This document shows, one piece after another, positions 20,163 through 26,580 of a DNA stretch of 47,517 nt. The first letter of the stretch is position 1; every line of letters begins with the position of its first letter. Both the position numbers and the translations under genes were made by a program. The stretch spans positions 1 to 47,517 of the forward strand of contig CAZDON010000001.1 of the NCBI GenBank assembly GCA_964507065.1, written 5' to 3'. Source of the DNA: an uncultured Ruminococcus sp. (GTDB taxonomy: Bacteria > Bacillota > Clostridia > Oscillospirales > CAG-272). The notes beneath the pieces were generated by a model. It was given only the letters and a program-made list of their open reading frames with translations. It had not been told where the DNA came from and did no database searches.

Positions 20163-20191
20163 TTGCAATCTACACAAAATTAGTATACAAT
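20163..20191 (+). promoter_or_regulatory. candidate sigma-A promoter of the nifS-nifU(-mnmA) operon
   Basis: TTGCAA (20163-20168), 17-nt spacer, TACAAT (20186-20191), about 60 nt upstream of nifS. Confidence 0.45.
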
Positions 20192-20251
20192 ATACACGAA
20201 CTAAAATTCAGCTTTAAATTTAAGCTTTAAAATAGATGAAGGAAGAATAAA

Positions 20252-21433
20252 ATGGCAAGATTCGTTTACGCGGATAACGCCGCTACGACCTCGGTTTCAA
20301 AAGAGGTTCTTGCGGCTATGATGCCCGCCTTTGAGGCATCGTATGGCAACCCCTCCAGCCTTCACGAAAAGGGAAGAGAGGCAAAGACACTTCTTGACGG
20401 TGCAAGGGCAAGCATAGCAGAAAGCTTAGGCTGCCTTCCCAGGGAAATATATTTCACCTCGTGCGGAACTGAAAGTGACAACTGGGCGATAAAGGGCGCT
20501 GTAAAAAGACTGGCTGCGCGCGGCAGAAATCATATTGTTACCACCAAAATTGAGCATCACGCAGTGCTCCATACCTGTGAGGCTCTTGAAAAAGAGGGAT
20601 ATCCCGTGACCTACGTTGGAGTTGACTCTGACGGTGTTGTAAAGCTTGACGAGCTGGAGGCGGCGATTACCGACAAGACCGCAATCGTCGCGGTAATGTA
20701 TGCAAACAACGAGGTTGGTACTATACAGCCTATAAAGGAAATCGTTGAGCTTGCTCACGCAAAGGGCGCGCTTATGTTTACTGATGCGGTACAGGCTATC
20801 GGCAATGTCGATATCAATATTCACGAGCTTGGTGTAGATATGCTTGCGCTCTCAGGACATAAGATTCACGCACCGAAGGGAATCGGACTTCTTTTCGTAA
20901 AAAAGGGCGTCGTGATTGATAATCTTATCGAAGGCGGCGGACAGGAAAGCCGTAAGCGCGGTGGAACTGAAAACCTTGCGTATATCCTCGGTCTTGCCGA
21001 GGCACTCAGGGTTGCGAAGGCCAGGCTTCCCGAGCTTTCAAGAATTGAGAAAATGCGCGACAGACTCATCGAGGGACTTCTTAAGATACCCTATTCGACT
21101 CTGAACGGTCACAGGACGCAAAGACTTCCTGGTAACGTAAATATCGGCTTTGAATTTATTGAGGGCGAGAGCATGCTTCTCTGGCTTGATATCGAGGGTG
21201 TTTGTGCATCGACGGGCTCTGCATGCTCCTCGGCATCTCTTGATCCGTCGCACGTTCTTCTTTCGATGGGTATACCTCACGAAAAGGCACACGGCTCAGT
21301 ACGCCTCTCGCTTTCACACGACAATACCGACGAGGATATTGATTATATCCTTGAGGTGCTTCCCCCTATTATCGAAAGGCTTCGTAATATGAGCCCTCTT
21401 TGGGAAGAGGTCGTAAAGCGCGAAAAGAAATAA
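20252..21433 (+). CDS. nifS: cysteine desulfurase (NifS/IscS type)
   Basis: 393 aa. PLP-lysine motif SGHKIHAPKG and catalytic cysteine loop ASTGSACSS. Confidence 0.92.
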   Translation: MARFVYADNAATTSVSKEVLAAMMPAFEASYGNPSSLHEKGREAKTLLDGARASIAESLGCLPREIYFTSCGTESDNWAIKGAVKRLAARGRNHIVTTKIEHHAVLHTCEALEKEGYPVTYVGVDSDGVVKLDELEAAITDKTAIVAVMYANNEVGTIQPIKEIVELAHAKGALMFTDAVQAIGNVDINIHELGVDMLALSGHKIHAPKGIGLLFVKKGVVIDNLIEGGGQESRKRGGTENLAYILGLAEALRVAKARLPELSRIEKMRDRLIEGLLKIPYSTLNGHRTQRLPGNVNIGFEFIEGESMLLWLDIEGVCASTGSACSSASLDPSHVLLSMGIPHEKAHGSVRLSLSHDNTDEDIDYILEVLPPIIERLRNMSPLWEEVVKREKK

Positions 21434-21451
21434 AGGAAAGGAATTTAAAAA

Positions 21452-21865
21452 ATGCAATACAGTGATAAGGTAATGGATCATTTTAAGAATCCAAGAAATA
21501 TGGGTGAAATTGAGAATGCCGACGGTGTCGGTACCGTAGGAAATGCAAAATGCGGAGATATAATGAAAATATATCTTAAAATCGAGAACGACGTAGTTGT
21601 CGACTGCAAGTTCAAGACCTTCGGCTGCGGCGCGGCAATCGCAACCTCGTCTATGGCAACCGAGCTTATTAAGGGACATACCGTTGAAGAGGCGCTTAAG
21701 CTTACCAACAGTGCAGTCGTTGAGGCACTTGAGGGACTTCCGCCGGTCAAGGTGCATTGCTCCGTTCTTGCCGAGGAGGCAGTAAAGACCGCTGTTGCGG
21801 ACTACTACGGCAAGATTGGCAGACCTGTTGATTTCGTGATAGAAAAGTCGCACGACGATGAATAA
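21452..21865 (+). CDS. nifU: Fe-S cluster assembly scaffold protein NifU/IscU
   Basis: 137 aa with the three conserved cysteines (GNAKCGD, FGCGAAIA, VHCSVLA). Confidence 0.92.
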   Translation: MQYSDKVMDHFKNPRNMGEIENADGVGTVGNAKCGDIMKIYLKIENDVVVDCKFKTFGCGAAIATSSMATELIKGHTVEEALKLTNSAVVEALEGLPPVKVHCSVLAEEAVKTAVADYYGKIGRPVDFVIEKSHDDE

Positions 21866-21969
21866 TTTTTTTCGAGGCTATTTCAATTCATTTTTGAGAT
21901 AGCCTCGTCGCAAATATATAGATATGTAAATAATTCTTCGCAAAAAACAAAAGAAAGGGGCTTAGTACT

Positions 21970-23049
21970 GTGAAAATTCTCATAGGTCTTTCGGGCGGAG
22001 TGGATTCGGCATATGCCGCACGCCGTCTTATTGAGGACGGTCACGAGGTAGAGGGCTGTGCCTTGCTTATGCACCAATATACCGATACCGAAATGGCAAG
22101 AAAATGTGCAAAGGCGCTCGGTATAAAATTCCGTATTATCGAATGTACCGATCCCTTTGAAAAGATAATTAAGTCGAGCTTCATCAGCGAATACTTAAAG
22201 GCAAGAACACCAAATCCCTGCGTTATATGTAACGGGGAAATTAAGTTCAGATTTCTCTATGATATTGCAATGAGAGAGGGCTTTGATGCAATAGCGACGG
22301 GGCATTACGCAAGTGTAGTAAGGACTGATGACGAAGGCACCTATTCACGCCCCTATTTTGTTGGCGACACTCTGTCACCAACGGAGCATGTGACGCTTAA
22401 GGTCGGATTTGATGAAAAGAAGGACCAGACCTATATGCTCTATCGCGTAGACGAGGAAGTGTTAAAGCACCTCGTGCTTCCTTTGTCAAATATGACAAAA
22501 GGACAGGTAAGGGCCGCGGCAGAGGCGTGTGGTATACCGTCGGCCAACGCCCGTGACAGTCAGGAAATTTGCTTTCTTCAGGGTGAGCACTACGCCGATT
22601 ATATCGAGCGTGTGTCAGGCAAATGCGAGCGTGGCAATTTCATATCCGAGGATGGCAGAGTCCTCGGCACTCACGAGGGAATTATACGTTATACGGTAGG
22701 GCAGCGCAAGGGACTCGGCATTTCATCAACGGGGCGAATTTTCGTTACTGATATAAATCCTATTACCAACGAAATAACGTTGAGCCACGTGGATAAGCTA
22801 TCTCACACCGTGTATGTCAGTGACCTCAGGCTTCTTGGAATATCACGAAAGGACGAGCCTGCCGAATATAGATTTACGGTAAAGCTTCGCTATGCGAAGG
22901 CGTCAGCTCCAGCTCTTGTTGAAATAGCGGGGGATAGGGCGGTCATACGTCTTGATACACCGCAAAGGGCAGTAACACCCGGGCAGTCAGCCGTTTTTTA
23001 CAAAGATGGCGTGCTTATCGGTGGCGGCATAATAGATAGAAGCGAATAA
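21970..23049 (+). CDS. mnmA: tRNA-specific 2-thiouridylase
   Basis: GTG start. PP-loop GLSGGVDSA, NPCVICN motif, full-length MnmA-like sequence. Confidence 0.92.
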   Translation: MKILIGLSGGVDSAYAARRLIEDGHEVEGCALLMHQYTDTEMARKCAKALGIKFRIIECTDPFEKIIKSSFISEYLKARTPNPCVICNGEIKFRFLYDIAMREGFDAIATGHYASVVRTDDEGTYSRPYFVGDTLSPTEHVTLKVGFDEKKDQTYMLYRVDEEVLKHLVLPLSNMTKGQVRAAAEACGIPSANARDSQEICFLQGEHYADYIERVSGKCERGNFISEDGRVLGTHEGIIRYTVGQRKGLGISSTGRIFVTDINPITNEITLSHVDKLSHTVYVSDLRLLGISRKDEPAEYRFTVKLRYAKASAPALVEIAGDRAVIRLDTPQRAVTPGQSAVFYKDGVLIGGGIIDRSE

Positions 23050-23050
23050 A

Positions 23051-23102
23051 AAGCAAAGCGAGCCGTGAGGTCAAAAGACCTAACGGCTCGCTTTGCTTTT
23101 AT
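23051..23102. terminator. long hairpin terminator after mnmA (bidirectional)
   Basis: 16-bp stem AAGCAAAGCGAGCCGT / ACGGCTCGCTTTGCTT with an inner GAGGTC/GACCT extension, followed by TTTT. Confidence 0.75.
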
Positions 23103-23251
23103 AAATCGTCTACGTCCTGCACGGGCTTTTCATTTTTGTTTTCCGGAACACCCGTATACGAGCCGTTGGGGTCGGTGCAAATGCTCTCGTCATACCCCTC
23201 TGTTAGCTTCTTAACCTCATCCGTGCTTTTCTTTTTCGATTTATCCTTCAT
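23099..23251 (-). CDS. unannotated small ORF, 50 aa (MKDKSKKKSTDEVKKLTEGYDESICTDPNGSYTGVPENKNEKPVQDVDDL)
   Basis: Below the ORF-track cutoff. ATG at 23251 is preceded by a GAGGAAGAG SD at good spacing. The ORF ends inside the mnmA terminator. No family recognised. Confidence 0.4.
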   Translation of the reverse strand: MKDKSKKKSTDEVKKLTEGYDESICTDPNGSYTGVPENKNEKPVQDVDDL

Positions 23252-23328
23252 AACTCTTCCTCATAATTCGTTTTTATAATTTTGTGAGGATTAAATCGTT
23301 TTTATGCAAAAAAACATAGTATTTCATG

Positions 23329-23360
23329 AAAAAACACAGCAAAGGCTTGCCTTTGCTGTG
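23329..23360 (-). terminator. intrinsic terminator immediately 3' of the tRNA remnant
   Basis: Stem CACAGCAAAGG / CCTTTGCTGTG with a 4-nt loop. On the minus strand it is followed by TTTTTT. Confidence 0.7.
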
Positions 23361-23364
23361 CTCT

Positions 23365-23393
23365 TGGCGCAGAGGGAGGGATTCGAACACTCG
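23365..23393 (-). other. tRNA 3'-end remnant (T-loop, T-stem 3' half, acceptor 3' strand, CCA); putative prophage attR core
   Basis: The minus strand reads GTTCGAATCCCTCCCTCTGCGCCA. This parses exactly as T-loop TTCGAAT + CCCTC + CCTCTGC + G + CCA. Upstream sequence cannot form D or anticodon arms or the 5' acceptor strand (GCAGAGG is absent), so it is a fragment. Confidence 0.7.
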
Positions 23394-23463
23394 CGAAAAG
23401 CCTTGTATAAGCCTTTTTTGAGATTTTTGACCCTCGTGCAATAAAACAGCAAATTTTGGAAAT

Positions 23464-23514
23464 AAAAAACAGCCCGACGAATCCAAGTGCGGAAACATCG
23501 GGCTGTGTGTTTTT
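23464..23514. terminator. hairpin terminator after the last prophage gene
   Basis: Stem CAGCCCGA / TCGGGCTG (20-nt loop), flanked by an A-run on one side and a T-run on the other. On the minus strand it is followed by TTTTTTATT. Confidence 0.5.
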
Positions 23515-23758
23515 AATTATTGTTAGATTTACGGGCTAAGCGAAGTTTTAAAGCAAATACATTCACTTCCGATGAAGTGACATTTTCTCTTCCTCGTATA
23601 AATTCAAGAGTACGCTTTATCTCTTCTGGTTTTAAAAAAAGAACATTTCCAGAAATAAACTCAAAATCGTCGAATATGTTTTTTAATTCGTCTGCAAATT
23701 CTTTTTCTAAATCAGTCAGATTTTGCATTCTTGCTTTCAATTTTTCCAATTTACTCAT
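23513..23758 (-). CDS. hypothetical small protein (AT-rich terminal moron gene)
   Basis: 81 aa from the ATG at 23758, which overlaps the upstream stop by 8 nt. The ORF track uses TTG at 23779. Markedly AT-rich. No family recognised. Confidence 0.55.
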   Translation of the reverse strand: MSKLEKLKARMQNLTDLEKEFADELKNIFDDFEFISGNVLFLKPEEIKRTLEFIRGRENVTSSEVNVFALKLRLARKSNNN

Positions 23759-24092
23759 CGTCGAGCGGTTCCTTTTCAATTATTCTATAATTTCCAAAGC
23801 CGTGATTCTCAAAGATGTACTTATAATCACCTATATGCTTTGTTATAACAAACTGCTTTCTTTGCTGCGGTGTCATGTGAGTTGCTATTTCACTCATAAC
23901 GCGAGCGTATTCAGCCTTAGCAAGTCGGACCGTGGGTATTCTGCTTGTGTCAAGCTCTTCCACTGGTGCTTGATTAAATTCCACGCCGCGCCCGGACAGA
24001 AGCGAGCCGTAGCCCGCGCCGGCGCACCGAGGACACTCAAGCTCGCGAGTTTCAAAGCCGCCGCAATCGTCACAGTGATTTTTGTTCCCCAT
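23751..24092 (-). CDS. hypothetical protein with an N-terminal DnaJ-type CxxCxGxG zinc finger
   Basis: 113 aa. CDDCGGFE and CPRCAGAG repeats are at the N-terminus. A strong GAGGTGA SD precedes it. The C-terminal domain is unassigned. Confidence 0.65.
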   Translation of the reverse strand: MGNKNHCDDCGGFETRELECPRCAGAGYGSLLSGRGVEFNQAPVEELDTSRIPTVRLAKAEYARVMSEIATHMTPQQRKQFVITKHIGDYKYIFENHGFGNYRIIEKEPLDDE

Positions 24093-24094
24093 AA

Positions 24095-25126
24095 TTATAT
24101 CACCTCGCTGTCAGCTTTGTCAAGAGGTGGTGCGCTATCCGAATCGCGCAATAGCATCACGTCGGGGATAATGGTGTCCGCGGGGGCGTTGCTTATGAGC
24201 GCCGAGAGGTCGCCGTAGGTGTCACCGAGCTTGAGATACGTCTTATCGTTCACGAATTTAACGTACTCGCGGAGCATAGCCGTCTTGACCTGGTATTGCT
24301 TGACCTCGACAGTGTTGTAGGCCTGTGCGCCTCTTGCGTATCCGTTAGCCATTCGGAAGAAGAGAACGACGAGCTTGAGGGCGGTGTATATTACTCGTGC
24401 AAAGGTGATGTCCTCGGTAAAGGTAATTGCAAATGAGATAGTCACCAGACAAGTAAATATTGTGCTTATAATCATTTGTACGGTGTGCGATTTACTCTTC
24501 AGATATTCCTCGGCGCTTATCGGTACACCGCCGCGAGATGACGTTGCAGCACCGTCGTATAAGAGGACGGATTCGTTAAGCTCAATAGGCTCAATCTCGT
24601 TAATCGACTTGATTATCCTGGCGCGTCTTACACCATAGGTGTTTTTCAATTCCTTGAACGGTTTAGAGCGTATCTTAAGATACTCATCCTTAGTCAAGCG
24701 CGCTGCCTTAAGTCTGTTATTGATAGCCTCTTCAAATTCAATGTCGACCTGCCAATCACAATAGGGACGCAAGAGCATCGTACCGACGTCGTTTACCTTT
24801 TCGATGATGCTCTTGTATTCCTTTCGCGCGTTTATGTAATCGGAATCGAGCTTCCCGCCATCCGCGCCGACCTTCGTCATCATTACCTCGCCGATAATGA
24901 ACAGCGTGACGGTCACCGCGCCGTCTGAGATAAGACCGACGGTAAATTCGGGGGCGCCAATGTCGGTCCAGATGAAGCCGATGAGAAGTATGGGGATAAG
25001 TATGCAGATGTAGAGGGCAATATTTGCCCCGAACATCCCCATAATATTTTTTGAGATAGTGTTGTATTTTTTCTGCCGCTCACTCCACTTATTTGACGGA
25101 GTAATTAACTCAAGGTCGTTATTCAT
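24095..25126 (-). CDS. phage membrane protein, 2+2 TM helices around a ~130-aa soluble domain
   Basis: 343 aa. Hydrophobic helices at roughly residues 30-55, 62-85, 215-238 and 243-262. The start overlaps the upstream stop (ATGAATAA). Confidence 0.7.
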   Translation of the reverse strand: MNNDLELITPSNKWSERQKKYNTISKNIMGMFGANIALYICILIPILLIGFIWTDIGAPEFTVGLISDGAVTVTLFIIGEVMMTKVGADGGKLDSDYINARKEYKSIIEKVNDVGTMLLRPYCDWQVDIEFEEAINNRLKAARLTKDEYLKIRSKPFKELKNTYGVRRARIIKSINEIEPIELNESVLLYDGAATSSRGGVPISAEEYLKSKSHTVQMIISTIFTCLVTISFAITFTEDITFARVIYTALKLVVLFFRMANGYARGAQAYNTVEVKQYQVKTAMLREYVKFVNDKTYLKLGDTYGDLSALISNAPADTIIPDVMLLRDSDSAPPLDKADSEVI

Positions 25127-25529
25127 CAGTAGTCACCTCTGAAAATTTATGCTCTGCTATGTAGGTAAGAAGAGAGCCGATAGCCGAGCCGAGAAAACCC
25201 ATCCAGAACACTGTGTTAAGAGCTTGTATTGCGTCTGCAATGTAAATAAGACTGTACGATATTATTAAAAATACAATCCAAATTGTAATAGGAGGCGCAT
25301 ACTTTAAATTGAGCTTGTCCTTCGCATATTTAAAGACCGAGCGTCTGAATACGATTAAAAGCACTATTGCAATAAGCACGATACCGGCGCCCACCGTTAC
25401 GCCCGCGCCCGATTTCTCGGTCCATAGGGGGAAGCGCTCACAGATTGCCCATATGGGAAGGGCGCAAGAAATAAGTATTCCTGCGACCTTGAATATCCAA
25501 TACCAGAGTTTACGCTTTGATTCCGTCAT
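25119..25529 (-). CDS. phage four-TM membrane protein (holin-like by size and position only)
   Basis: 136 aa with four hydrophobic helices and a charged C-terminus. GAGGGGGA SD. Overlaps the upstream gene. Confidence 0.6.
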   Translation of the reverse strand: MTESKRKLWYWIFKVAGILISCALPIWAICERFPLWTEKSGAGVTVGAGIVLIAIVLLIVFRRSVFKYAKDKLNLKYAPPITIWIVFLIISYSLIYIADAIQALNTVFWMGFLGSAIGSLLTYIAEHKFSEVTTDE

Positions 25530-26181
25530 CTTCGCCGTCCCCCTCTGCCGCGCTTATAGCCTGCACTGCTGCGTTGTGACGCGACAGGATTTCATCCTTA
25601 AGCGCGTTGGGAATGTTGGCAAGCACGAGAAGCTCTGCGACCTCGTTTGACATTTCTATCGTGGCAAGCTTGGACGCGTTGAGGAATTTTGATACGCTTG
25701 TAAGTGCGTCGGCGAGCTGCTTCTTTTCTTCCTCAATCTTTCGCTTTTCTTCCTCGCTCACCTCATACTTTTTAAGCAGCGACTCTATCGCTCCCTTAAA
25801 CGACGTCACGTCGCTAATATTATCTTTGCTTGACTGCGCTATTGCTACGGCGTTGTTATTGAATTTGGTTATCGAGCCGTTAAGACGCTTACCGCTCTTA
25901 ATAGCATAAAATATGTAAGTAACAACCGATATCGCAAGCGCGATAAGTGACGAGCCTGTATAGTTCTCAGTTATAAAGTCGACAATTGCCTGGGTGAATG
26001 GGGTATCGCTCTCGCCCGAAATTTCGCCCTCTGCCGCGTTTTCTGTTTCGGGGGTGTATTCGGCTGTCGGTGCAGCAGAACTTTCAGCAGAAATGTCAGA
26101 GCGAGTTTCTGCGAAGCAAGGAACGGCAAGAAGTGATGCGAGAAGAGCAAACGCGAGGATAAATACGATAATTCTTTTCAT
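25510..26181 (-). CDS. phage secreted/anchored protein: signal peptide, acidic ectodomain, one TM helix, coiled-coil tail
   Basis: 223 aa. MKRIIVFILAFALLASLLAVPCFA signal, TM helix LIALAISVVTYIFYAI, and a C-terminal EEEKRKIEEEKKQL coiled coil. Confidence 0.65.
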   Translation of the reverse strand: MKRIIVFILAFALLASLLAVPCFAETRSDISAESSAAPTAEYTPETENAAEGEISGESDTPFTQAIVDFITENYTGSSLIALAISVVTYIFYAIKSGKRLNGSITKFNNNAVAIAQSSKDNISDVTSFKGAIESLLKKYEVSEEEKRKIEEEKKQLADALTSVSKFLNASKLATIEMSNEVAELLVLANIPNALKDEILSRHNAAVQAISAAEGDGEDDGIKA

Positions 26182-26183
26182 TT

Positions 26184-26570
26184 TTAGTTATCTCCTGTAA
26201 TGATGTAATTAAGTGAATTTGTGTCAAAGCGTTCGACGAGGTGGTTTACCTGCGCCGTAAGAGTAGAAACCGTCCGCTCAAGCGCTTCTACTCGAAGCAA
26301 AAGCGCAAGCTCGGTTTCGGTATGTTTTTTTGACGTCGAGAGATAGCCGTTTCGGGCGGTGTGCGTACCGATTTTATACAGTCCGTCTGAGCATTCAAAC
26401 GTCACGTTGTAGAGTCCGTCCGACAGCTTGGGAAGCGCGCAATTTTTGTTATTCGATACAATGACATCAACCACGCCGATATGTAAGGTCCCGTCAGTAT
26501 CACACTGAACGCACCGCGTGTCTGCGCCGAATAATACGGCGGTTTTATCGTTAAGCAAGTGAATTTTCAT
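26184..26570 (-). CDS. hypothetical phage protein downstream of the fibre gene (possible fibre accessory)
   Basis: 128-aa ORF with a GAGGT SD. The C-terminal half is a predicted helix (ELALLLRVEALERTVSTLTAQVNHLVERF). Confidence 0.55.
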   Translation of the reverse strand: MKIHLLNDKTAVLFGADTRCVQCDTDGTLHIGVVDVIVSNNKNCALPKLSDGLYNVTFECSDGLYKIGTHTARNGYLSTSKKHTETELALLLRVEALERTVSTLTAQVNHLVERFDTNSLNYIITGDN

Positions 26571-26580
26571 TTTTTATACC

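Noticed and set aside
16273-21853. Antisense ORFs in the ABC transporter, nifS and nifU (16273..16731 -, 20426..20824 -, 21314..21853 -)
   Set aside because: These are shadow ORFs opposite genes with unambiguous family motifs.
21876-21910. Hairpin CGAGGCTAT-N17-ATAGCCTCG after nifU as a terminator
   Set aside because: It has a large loop and no downstream U-run on the plus strand. mnmA probably continues the operon or has its own start signals. It is left unannotated.
23365-23440. Possible complete tRNA gene on the minus strand
   Set aside because: Only the T-loop to CCA portion fits. A 75-nt fold starting at GCACGAGGG gives 4-5 of 7 acceptor pairs, no D-loop GG, and no anticodon stem. It is treated as a 3' remnant (att core) instead.
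23274-24218. ORFs 23274..23498 (-) and 23520..24218 (+)
   Set aside because: The first runs across the tRNA remnant and two terminators. The second is antisense to well-supported, SD-preceded prophage genes and has a low-complexity, Phe/Ser/Leu-rich AT-driven translation.
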